Shown here: one piece after another, positions 52,055-60,852 of the stretch | Position numbering within the stretch: the first letter of the stretch is position 1 | Layout of the letters: each line of letters opens with the position of its first letter | Origin: Desulfatiglandales bacterium | GTDB taxonomy: Bacteria; Desulfobacterota; DSM-4660; Desulfatiglandales; Desulfatiglandaceae | Reading direction: 5' to 3' | Length of the DNA stretch: 64,000 nt | Assembly (NCBI GenBank): GCA_963666345.1 | Contig: OY762721.1 | Location: 3,840,001 to 3,904,000 of the forward strand | The notes under the pieces: model-generated | What the model was told of the DNA's origin: nothing | Seen by the model: only the letters and a program-made list of their open reading frames with translations | The model's database searches: none | Translations under genes and position numbers: made by a program

Positions 52055-55000
52055 ATGGGTGGAAAGGCAAACAACTTCCAGTGGGACCACGAACATGTCC
52101 GTCGTATAAGAAAGGAAAAAGAAAGGTACAGAGGTGACAAGGATAAAGAGAACCTTTTAAAAATGGTCACCGAAAGTGTCTACAGCGAAGAAACCCATTA
52201 CGTTCTTGAGTTGATTCAGAATGCGGAGGACGAGGGGGCAAAAGCCATCACGTTCACCATTACGAATGATTCAATCATAGTTGAAAATGACGGAGAACCC
52301 TTCTCGGCTGATGATGTTTTCTCGATCTGTTCCGCTGGCCAGAGCAGAAAGGAAAATAAAATTGGCTTCTTCGGTATCGGTTTCAAGTCGGTCTTCAATA
52401 TCACCAAGAATCCTCAGGTTATATCAGGCAAGTATAATTTCCAGATAAGCGAATACATCTATCCTGACACGACCGATGAAGTGCCTGTTTCGATTGAGAG
52501 CTTCGACCAGTCAAGAGGAGCTTCCTTCGTTCTGCCAATCAATGCCATGAAAGGTTTAAATGGAAAGAGGCTTGCGAAAGGCCTCTACGAGGTGAATGAA
52601 AGACTGATGCTTTTCCTCCAAAGTTTGGAGAGAATAGTCTTAAATGACATGACAGGGGAGGAGGGGAAGACTTGGGAGATAAGGAAAGAGGAGCTTGTAG
52701 GTGGCTTCATAAGGATTGTGAATACGGGAACGGGATTAACCAGTACATGGAAAGTATTCAGGAAGACAGTAAGGGTACCACCTAACAAGGATATCCGGGT
52801 CAAGGGTAAGGAAAAGGCCGTGCGGTCGACGGTAGTCATAGCTTTTCCTCATCCGGTTGAAGACACTGATGTTAAGGCCGAGAAAGTCTATTGTTTCCTT
52901 CCCACAAGAACAAGGACAGACCTCCCTTTTCTTATACAGGGGGATTTCATTCCGACTCTCGGACGTGAGAGTATCGAGAAGAATGAGTGGAACCGTTGGC
53001 TTCTAAAGAAATTAGGGGAGCTTGCAGCCGAGAGCATTTTAGACATGAGAGAGGATAAGCTGTTCTCAAAACAGCTCTACAACCTAATTCCACTCCCGGA
53101 CGAGGTTTTGGACGAAATAATAAGAAAAGTCCCTGAAACTATATTAGCTAAGCTCCGGAAGAAGCGGATTGCAGCCTGCGAGGGCTCATGGGAAAAGATC
53201 CAAGATGCAGTAATGCTCGACCAAGGCTTAAGCGGGCTCATCTCAGAGAGGGACTTGAAAGCGTTTTACCGAAGGAAAGTACGCAAGGTCAAAGATGAAT
53301 TGGATGACAGGGCAAGAAAGGTCCTTACTGAGTTTGGTGCAAGACGGTTTGGTGTAAAAGAAATCGTGGGTTTGCTTAAGCTTACACAAGTCATCAGATC
53401 GAAGAAGGGGGAATGGTTCCTGGATGTCTATGACTACCTAAAAAGCAAAAAGAACGGCCATTGGAGGGGGAATAGTATCTGGAAAGAAATTCAGGTTTTG
53501 AAATTCCTGCGCACCAGCACCGGCGAGCTTGTAGCCCCCAAAGACGAGAGGAGGCCCTTCAGGCTGCTTACCCATTATCCGCAGAAGAAAGACATAGGCA
53601 ATCTGGATAAGATATTCGACGAGGGCGAGCTCATTTTTCTGGACAAATTCTTTCAGCTTGCGAAAAAGAGAGCCAATGCGCGAATAGATCCTGAGCTGGA
53701 GGAAAAGAGACGAAGGGTCAAGGATTTTCTCAAGGAATACGGCGTAGAAAAATTAATGGAGGAGTACCACATAATAGACAAGGTGGTTCTTAACAGCTTT
53801 GATTCCAGAAGATGTAAACGATTCAGCAAGAAGAAGCTTGTGATATTCACAAACTTTATCAGAGAAAACATGTCCCTCTATGCCAATAGAATAAGATCGC
53901 AGAGGTCAGGTATTTCTGATGACAAGGTATTCGAGGACATCAGACAGAGGCTGTTCCTCAAAGGGTTCTATTTCGAGAATGGTAAAAGAAAGGAGGACCT
54001 GTTCAGGCCCGAGGAGCTTTATTTCTATAAGATTAAAGGTGAAATCACGGATATCTATAAGCTTTTCAAAGGTATAGATGGAATGCCGTTCCTTTCCCCT
54101 GCCTATTATGAAGAAAAGTTCGTTAAGGGATATTCAACCGTCGATACCGGACAAAGGCGGGGAAGGGTGAGGGAGGTACCTGAATGGGACGATTTTTTCA
54201 GAGAAATGGGAGTCTGGTCTTCGCCGAGGCTGCTTGCTCAAGACATAAACATTGACGAGGGCGAACTGAAATACAAAAACATCTCTTTTCAGTATTCGAC
54301 AGAGGGTCACAAGCTGATTGATGACCACTATTTCCCGGACCTGAAGACCTTGGTCGAAAGCCTGGAACGCGAGAAACCTCAAACAAAGCATTCCAAAATG
54401 AAGGTGTTCCTGAATCTTGTTGGCAGAAGCTGGGACAGAGAGTACAAGAAAAGGGCAACGTCCAGATACAGACGGTTCTATTACACCCAATATATCACTG
54501 AAGTGAACTTCTCTTCATTCATCAACCAGATGAAGTGCCTAGAATGGGTACCAACGGAAAATCTGTTCAGTCTATTTAGGCCCGGGCAATGCTATGTGGG
54601 TACTTCGGAGAACAAACTCCTGCTCAGCGAGGATACCCCATTCGTTCTAAACTTGTCTGCATACAGGGCGTTATATAAGGCGATAGGGGTGAATGATTCT
54701 CCTACTACAGAACATCTCCTGAATTACCTAGTCGAGCTCAAGAAAGAATGGAAAGGTGATTATTTCCCCGCTGACTGGCTGGGGAAGATGGAAGCAATAT
54801 ACGGTTTCCTGTATGAAGATATCAAGAAGGACAAGGACCTTTTGGAATCGGCTGCGATATTACAGAAATTCCAGAGCGAGGATTTGATTTTTCTGCCAAC
54901 GGAAAGGAGAAACTGGTGGAGCATTAAGGACGTTTATTGGAATAAATTTGACAAGGTATTTTCATGGATGAAAGGCTACCTCTCCCCGGAGTATCGGCCT

Positions 55001-56608
55001 GAGCTTGAGGGCTTTTTCAGGGTAATAGGGGTCAAGCAATCCCCCGACCTTGAGGACCTTGTGGGCATTCTTGAAGAGATAAGACATTCATACGTTAAAA
55101 GGCCTACCGGTAAAGATGCGCTTGAGCTCAAAGGAATAATCGATCCTGTTTATAGTGAGATGTCGGAGAGACTTAAAGAGGCCATTCCAAACGAAGTAGC
55201 AGCGAATGTCCATCTATTTGACAATGAAATTTTCCTAGCCTCGGACAATAGCTTCGCATCACCAGGTGCGCTGGTTTACTGCGATAATGAGAAACTCAGA
55301 CGGATGTTCGGTGAAAACGCAAAGATCATGTGGCTGAGGTCTGATTGGAGAAAGCTTTCTCCCTTGTTTATAGAATCAAAAATTGACAGTCTTTCAAGCA
55401 GGGTGAGAGTGAAACTGGGGAAGGGGGTCGAAAGGGATATCACGGATGAAGAAAAGGAAACCATAAATTCACTATCTGAATATATTGGCGCATACATTAA
55501 ATACTTCGATCCAAGCGGTTACGCCACAGTTGAGAAAAACAATGAGCTTCGAAGGATTGGTGAAATGGAAGTCAAGCTGGTATCTAGCCTTTCCCTCAAG
55601 CATGTGTTTTCTCCGAAAGGGGATAAAAGAAGATTTACGGTCACTGAGCCTAATGCCGAAGCCCATTATGATGAGGGAAGCAATACTTTGTACGTGCTGG
55701 ATGCCGAAGATTGGTTAGAAAACTTCTGTATTACTATAGGTGGAGAGGTTTGCAGGATACTGAAGTCAACGAGCTTGCCAATCGGGACCCAGATAGAATC
55801 GCTTCTATCAGCAGGATGTGATGAGCAATTACGTGACAGGAAGTTTGCCTCGTTCGATATCCCGCAAGATGTCTTGAGGGATTTCATAGAGCCTGGCGAA
55901 CAAAGACTGAAGAAAGGAAAGGAATCAGCTTCAGGAGAAGCCGACAAAGATAAGCGTGAACCCGAGATAGATACTGACAACCAGAAAGAGGAAAGTGGTG
56001 AGAAGGATGTTACTAGGGGACGTAAACCTTCGGACACCTTCAGTTTCAAGGAAGAGGAATTGATATCCTCTGATGAAATCGTAAAATTCAGGTACAACAA
56101 GAAAGGCGAGACTGCCATAGATATCGATATAGAGAGGCAAAAAGGGAAGCCTCAAGGAAAGCCTAAATCCGGTTCCAGAGGTAGCGGGGGAACCACCAGA
56201 TTTTCAAAATCAGTTATCTCTAGGCATGAAACAGAAAGTAGGGCGATTGAAATAGTCGAGATGTACGAATCAGAAAGGGGGCGCGACCCAAAGGATGTAA
56301 GAAAGGATGGAGTAGGCTATGATGTCGATTCATCTGATAGGAAGATAGAAGTAAAATCATTCAAGGGCAGTCCCGGAGCAATAGAACTTTATTATAGCGA
56401 GTATGATGCAGCTAAAGTTTACGGCGAAGATTTCTATATTTATGTTGTGTATAATATGCTCAAGGGAAGCCAACCAAAGATAGAAATAATTAGAGACCCT
56501 TTTAATTCTGTGGTTTTTGTGGCCCAAAAGAGAACCGCTAAAAATTGGAAAAATTCTATTATAGAAGAAGTTGAAGTTTTGAGTAAAATTGAAGACAAGG
56601 TAGATTAG
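52055..56608 (+). CDS. Sacsin/No-vein-like GHKL ATPase with C-terminal DUF3883-type nuclease domain
   Basis: ELIQNAED, NDGEPFS, IGFFGIGFKSVF, FLIQGDF; C-terminal GVGYDVDS...IEVKS...EY.AA...YIYVV. Confidence 0.85.
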   Translation: MGGKANNFQWDHEHVRRIRKEKERYRGDKDKENLLKMVTESVYSEETHYVLELIQNAEDEGAKAITFTITNDSIIVENDGEPFSADDVFSICSAGQSRKENKIGFFGIGFKSVFNITKNPQVISGKYNFQISEYIYPDTTDEVPVSIESFDQSRGASFVLPINAMKGLNGKRLAKGLYEVNERLMLFLQSLERIVLNDMTGEEGKTWEIRKEELVGGFIRIVNTGTGLTSTWKVFRKTVRVPPNKDIRVKGKEKAVRSTVVIAFPHPVEDTDVKAEKVYCFLPTRTRTDLPFLIQGDFIPTLGRESIEKNEWNRWLLKKLGELAAESILDMREDKLFSKQLYNLIPLPDEVLDEIIRKVPETILAKLRKKRIAACEGSWEKIQDAVMLDQGLSGLISERDLKAFYRRKVRKVKDELDDRARKVLTEFGARRFGVKEIVGLLKLTQVIRSKKGEWFLDVYDYLKSKKNGHWRGNSIWKEIQVLKFLRTSTGELVAPKDERRPFRLLTHYPQKKDIGNLDKIFDEGELIFLDKFFQLAKKRANARIDPELEEKRRRVKDFLKEYGVEKLMEEYHIIDKVVLNSFDSRRCKRFSKKKLVIFTNFIRENMSLYANRIRSQRSGISDDKVFEDIRQRLFLKGFYFENGKRKEDLFRPEELYFYKIKGEITDIYKLFKGIDGMPFLSPAYYEEKFVKGYSTVDTGQRRGRVREVPEWDDFFREMGVWSSPRLLAQDINIDEGELKYKNISFQYSTEGHKLIDDHYFPDLKTLVESLEREKPQTKHSKMKVFLNLVGRSWDREYKKRATSRYRRFYYTQYITEVNFSSFINQMKCLEWVPTENLFSLFRPGQCYVGTSENKLLLSEDTPFVLNLSAYRALYKAIGVNDSPTTEHLLNYLVELKKEWKGDYFPADWLGKMEAIYGFLYEDIKKDKDLLESAAILQKFQSEDLIFLPTERRNWWSIKDVYWNKFDKVFSWMKGYLSPEYRPELEGFFRVIGVKQSPDLEDLVGILEEIRHSYVKRPTGKDALELKGIIDPVYSEMSERLKEAIPNEVAANVHLFDNEIFLASDNSFASPGALVYCDNEKLRRMFGENAKIMWLRSDWRKLSPLFIESKIDSLSSRVRVKLGKGVERDITDEEKETINSLSEYIGAYIKYFDPSGYATVEKNNELRRIGEMEVKLVSSLSLKHVFSPKGDKRRFTVTEPNAEAHYDEGSNTLYVLDAEDWLENFCITIGGEVCRILKSTSLPIGTQIESLLSAGCDEQLRDRKFASFDIPQDVLRDFIEPGEQRLKKGKESASGEADKDKREPEIDTDNQKEESGEKDVTRGRKPSDTFSFKEEELISSDEIVKFRYNKKGETAIDIDIERQKGKPQGKPKSGSRGSGGTTRFSKSVISRHETESRAIEIVEMYESERGRDPKDVRKDGVGYDVDSSDRKIEVKSFKGSPGAIELYYSEYDAAKVYGEDFYIYVVYNMLKGSQPKIEIIRDPFNSVVFVAQKRTAKNWKNSIIEEVEVLSKIEDKVD

Positions 56609-57066
56609 GTGAATCGCAGGTAAAAAAAGCGTTTCGACGGTCTCACTCTCAGATGAGAGCGACTAGATTGTAAAAGAGGGACGGTGTTGATTTGTTGCGT
56701 TTCCCGCTGAGGGTTTAACGGCCTTTTGAAATAGTTCCCAGAATGTGGACGGGCGGGCAGGCTGTATGTTTTTCCTGACGCATATTTTCCTAAGCAACCT
56801 TTAAAGGGCAATCTCCATGGCCTGTAACAGACCTATGGCTTTACGCCTTACATACAGGTCATTATACTGTATAAAGACCATGGAAAAATATGGTGAAAAA
56901 TAACTGCTAGAAAAGTCCCAATGCTTTCTAAAAACCGCTTTCCGGCAGGACTTCAGTGCTCCACAACCACCTGGAACACCACGTTTCCAGCCGCCGGAAA
57001 GGTTCGGTTGCAGGCGGGTTTTTTTCATGTCCTCGATCAGTTTCGTTTGTTCCGTTTTGGCAAGAC

Positions 57067-57095
57067 TTGAGGTGCAGGCTCACGTCGGATATAAT
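57067..57095 (+). promoter_or_regulatory. Sigma70-type promoter
   Basis: TTGAGG, 17-bp spacer, TATAAT, upstream of the AAGGAGG RBS. Confidence 0.55.
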
Positions 57096-57123
57096 ACAAA
57101 CCGTGCCGGCACAAGGAGGCTCC

Positions 57124-57342
57124 ATGAAGGATATCATCGTTCAATGCACGTGTGGGCGGAAATGCCGGGTTGATGCCTCGGATGGATCCACCTGGCGATG
57201 CCCAGAGTGCGGAAGAATCGTCAGCCTTCCCAGCAAGGAGAATGATCCCTCCCGAAGGGACAGCATGGAAAGCTTTGTCGATGCGACTTTTGAGCTCTTA
57301 AACGAGGTAGACGGGGCTTTTCCCACGTCCGGGGCGCGGTGA
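57124..57342 (+). CDS. Small zinc-ribbon protein (72 aa)
   Basis: CTCG...CPECG; strong AAGGAGG RBS and its own promoter. Confidence 0.6.
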   Translation: MKDIIVQCTCGRKCRVDASDGSTWRCPECGRIVSLPSKENDPSRRDSMESFVDATFELLNEVDGAFPTSGAR

Positions 57343-57775
57343 TTGCCCGGTGCAGGATTTCAAGAAAGGCCTTCCGCTCATAACAAAACCGTAATGGCTG
57401 CAACGAGAAGCATCGTCTGTCCTACTTCATAATGATCGCAGTCCTCGGGGTTGTACTCGTCCTCGCCGCTGAAGCGTGAGCTAAGCTCCTCGAGGTGAAC
57501 AAGGTGGCCGAGCATGCCAAGCTTGTAACGCGTACCTGAAAAGCACGATCGAATCGGACCGGGATTGCTAAATTCACAAAATTTACATAAAAAAAATTAT
57601 AGCAAATTCTACCAGAGGATTTAACCTTTATTTTTCCTTCCCCTTATCAGGCATACCCCAAAACATCACTATGTGTATCTGGTCTGGAATTTACAGGGCT
57701 GGAAGAATACAGATCAGCATCAATTGGCTGTGATTATAGCCCCTGTGTCCAAAAGTAATATTTTATGTGGTATCG

Positions 57776-57813
57776 AGGGTTGTCAACTGAAAGAAAGTGA
57801 CAACCCTTTTCTT
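57776..57813 (+). terminator. Hairpin / putative intrinsic terminator
   Basis: 10-bp perfect stem agggttgtca/tgacaaccct followed by tttctt. Confidence 0.5.
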
Positions 57814-58006
57814 GGCCTAGGTGTTATATCGAAAGGTTGAAGCTTGGTCAGTTATGCTTGAACACTGGTATGGTCCAATTGCCAGGTGTCAATTTTAGAT
57901 GAATATTTTAAGATATTCTTTTATGCGATGGAATATCAAAAGGGTATAAGGGGAAACGATTTTTCTCCCTAACATCGGGAAATGCAAAAAAGACATAAAA
58001 AAGTAC

Positions 58007-58074
58007 TTGACAAATATGTCATGAGAGGTTAGTTTTGTACAAAAGTATAAATAACTTACGCAGAGCGTAATTAT
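58007..58074 (+). promoter_or_regulatory. Promoter and putative IclR operator
   Basis: TTGACA-17-TAGTTT; palindromes ttttgtacaaaa (58033-58044) and ttacgc-aga-gcgtaa (58056-58070). Confidence 0.55.
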
Positions 58075-58079
58075 CTATT

Positions 58080-58886
58080 ATGGAACGAACAAAAGAACAT
58101 AGATATTTTATTCAGTCCTTGGCTAAAGGATTGGCTGTATTTGAGGCTCTTGCAGAGGCACAGTCTCCTATTACTCTTTCAGAGATCGCCCAGGCTCTTG
58201 GTACTAATAATGCTACGGCAACGAGGCTCTGTTATACCTTAACGAAATTGGGATTCCTCAGTCGTGATAAACAGAAGCTGTACCACTTAACACCAAAAGT
58301 TCTTGCTTTAGGATCTCACTCCATATGTACTTTGGGTTGGCAAAATATAGCTCAATACTATTTGGAGAATCTTTTCGAGGAGATTCAGGAAACGGTAAGC
58401 CTGTCGATTTTAGACGGTATGGATGTTTTGTATGTAATCAGAATCAGAAAAGAACGCCATCTGCCTTTTGATATTCGGATAGGAACCAAGCTTAAAGTAT
58501 ATTACTCAGCAATGGGAAAGGTGCTTATGGCAATGGGAAATCAAGAAAAAACGCAAAATATATTAAAAGCATTAACCTTTGACCCTTTAACTAATCATAC
58601 TATTAATAGCTTAGATAACTTTTGTGTGGAATTGGATGAGGTTCGGAAAAGAGGTTATGCCATTAATGATGAAGAACTTTCCATCGGAAATCGTGCAATT
58701 GCAGCTCCTTTGGTTGATGCAGAAGATGTTGCAGTGGCAGCGATAAACATCGCTGTTCCGACCATACGATACAGCAGAATGGATTTGGAGGAACGTCTTG
58801 CACCTAAATTAATTAAGGTTTCAGGGGAAATTTCCAAAGCTTTGATTCAATCAGATATGTCTATCGTTTTAGGCGAAGAAACTTAG
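58080..58886 (+). CDS. IclR-family transcriptional regulator (PcaR/PobR-like)
   Basis: FIQSLAKGL.V, HTH, SAMGKVL, RGYAINDEE...G.RAIAAP. Confidence 0.92.
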   Translation: MERTKEHRYFIQSLAKGLAVFEALAEAQSPITLSEIAQALGTNNATATRLCYTLTKLGFLSRDKQKLYHLTPKVLALGSHSICTLGWQNIAQYYLENLFEEIQETVSLSILDGMDVLYVIRIRKERHLPFDIRIGTKLKVYYSAMGKVLMAMGNQEKTQNILKALTFDPLTNHTINSLDNFCVELDEVRKRGYAINDEELSIGNRAIAAPLVDAEDVAVAAINIAVPTIRYSRMDLEERLAPKLIKVSGEISKALIQSDMSIVLGEET

Positions 58887-58992
58887 ATGAGTACCAAGTC
58901 AGTTTTATGTATGCAAAACATGCGGTCAGAGATGCAGATATTGAAATAAATAAACAATAAAAACCAAAAATATATTTTTAGGGAGGCACTGG

Positions 58993-59487
58993 ATGAACAA
59001 CTGGTTGAAAGGTAAAAAGGCCGTAGTTATCGGAGAAAGGGATGGAGTTCAGGGGCCATCAATTGCAAAGTGTCTTGAGGCAGCAGGTTCAGACGTCGTA
59101 TACGCTGTGACTGAGTGCTTTGTCTGAACGGCTGCCGGAACAATGGATGCGGAAAATCAAGCCCGAGTGAAGAACATCGCTGAAGATTCGAGTGATGAAG
59201 ATAGCTCAAACAACATCATTGTTGTGCTAGGCGCTAGTGATATAGAAGGGGCATTGATTTCAGCGGAAACGGTCACTGAAGGTGACCCGAGCTTTACCGG
59301 TCCATTGGCAGGGGTCTCGTTGAGGCTCCCAGTTTACCATATATTGGAACCAGAGATGAGGGATGCCATTCCAGAGGGAATCTATGAGGAAAATGTTGGG
59401 ATTTGGGCAATGACTGTGGACACCGACACGATAGGCGAGGAGTTCAGAGCAATTCGTGAAAAAGCTTTGAGAAAATCTTCTGGATAG
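58993..59487 (+). CDS. grdA: Glycine/sarcosine/betaine reductase selenoprotein A (Sec at TGA 59125-59127)
   Basis: MNNWLKGKKAVVIGERDGVQGPSI...TECFV-U-TAAGTMD.ENQ.RVK...ETVTEGDPSFTGPLAGVSL; GGGAGG RBS. Confidence 0.93.
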
Positions 59488-59533
59488 AATTGAAAATTTA
59501 TTGCAATGGAAACATAGATAGAGGAATTCCAAA

Positions 59534-60826
59534 ATGAGACTTCAGATCGAATCCATTGATATAAAAGATGTAAAGGTTGGCTCAAAGAGTTATGTGCTTG
59601 AACATGTGTTGCATCTTAGTCTTCTTGATTTAAAGGAGTTAATTTTAAAAGACGTCAGAATCAGTTCTGTTGAAGTCGATGTGGTATTTCCAGGCGATCA
59701 GGTACGCATTGTAAATTTGGTTGATGTGATTCAGCCACGATGTAAGATAGATCTAGAGGATGCGGATTTCCCCGGTTTTATTGGAAAAGTTAATACGGCT
59801 GGTCATGGGAGAACAAGGTCTCTCCGGGGTGTAGCCGTTCTGGTAGCCGACCCCCAGACTACGAGGAAGTATTCTGCATTTCTCGATATGGCTGGTCCAG
59901 CGGCCAAGCTCAGCCGCTATGCTAAAATGCCGAATATCGTAGTTGCCCCACAGAAGACAGAAAATACGGAGGAACGGGATTTTGAGGACGCCGTAAAGAT
60001 AGCGGGGCTGAAGACAGCGGTTTATTTGGCTCAGGCCGCTGAGGGTCATCCAGTTGATGACACTGAGGTATTCGATCTTGATCTGCCTCGCTTGCCAAAG
60101 GATTCGAACCTTCCCCGAATTGCCTATTACTATCAGCTCTACAGCCCTCAGCACGATCATCATGGCATTTCAGACAAGTGCTTTTATGGTATTGAGGTTG
60201 GCAATCTTCTTCCTACCATAATCCATCCGAATGAAATCCTGGATGGTGGAGTAACCGGCCATCAAACGATCAGAAGTCTTGACACTTACAGCATCCAGAA
60301 CCATGGCGTCGTCAAGGAACTGTATCGACGTCATGGGAAGGATTTGCTCTTCGCTGGCGTCGTTTGCGGGGTGGCGAACATGGAGCCTGTTCAGCGGCAA
60401 CGCAAAGCGATGATGGCTGCAAACCTCATTGCTCACGTGCTAGGGGCCAACGGCTCGATCCTCACGAAAATTCATGGTGGTATGCCACATGTTGATCTCG
60501 CCTTGGTCGGAGAAGAGTGTGAAAAGCGGGGAGTGAAAACAACGTTGTTCGTACAGCCGCTGGTTAGCCAGGGTACACTGTCTGAGACCTCTCTGTTCAG
60601 CTCCGAGTTGCTCGATGCTATAATTGTAGTAGGCGCCACTCAGGAGAGGATCAAGGTGCGATTTCAGCCGGAGAGAATCCTAGGTGGCACAAAGGAGACG
60701 CATCTTTTTACCCCGGATCCATTTGTTCAAAAAGCTGGGGAATCCGTCATAGACACAGAAGAGTTTCTGATAGCCGGTATTCATGACCACATAGGCGGGG
60801 CAAAGATTATCGCAACCGAGTACTAG
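59534..60826 (+). CDS. Reductase component B proprotein (GrdE/GrdG/GrdI family)
   Basis: MRL....I.IKDV, DVIQPR, G.GRT..L.GVAV, DMAGP.A, HPNEILDG, TY..QN. Confidence 0.88.
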   Translation: MRLQIESIDIKDVKVGSKSYVLEHVLHLSLLDLKELILKDVRISSVEVDVVFPGDQVRIVNLVDVIQPRCKIDLEDADFPGFIGKVNTAGHGRTRSLRGVAVLVADPQTTRKYSAFLDMAGPAAKLSRYAKMPNIVVAPQKTENTEERDFEDAVKIAGLKTAVYLAQAAEGHPVDDTEVFDLDLPRLPKDSNLPRIAYYYQLYSPQHDHHGISDKCFYGIEVGNLLPTIIHPNEILDGGVTGHQTIRSLDTYSIQNHGVVKELYRRHGKDLLFAGVVCGVANMEPVQRQRKAMMAANLIAHVLGANGSILTKIHGGMPHVDLALVGEECEKRGVKTTLFVQPLVSQGTLSETSLFSSELLDAIIVVGATQERIKVRFQPERILGGTKETHLFTPDPFVQKAGESVIDTEEFLIAGIHDHIGGAKIIATEY

Positions 60827-60852
60827 TTCGAACGTTAGGAAGGAAAGAAACC

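Larger units (their letters stand above)
31254..57500. mobile_element. tRNA-Ser(GCT)-integrated genomic/defence island; right boundary not defined
   Basis: Integrase stop 38 bp from the tRNA 3' end, visible shift to A+T-richer DNA, Xis/XRE/Cro/Rep genes, pseudogenes and defence cargo. No attR copy found in the window. Confidence 0.75.

Noticed and set aside
57940..57990. Moco-riboswitch-like words (aggg...gaaa...ctccc...ggaaa)
   Set aside because: The stems pair poorly and the segment lies upstream of the predicted promoter.
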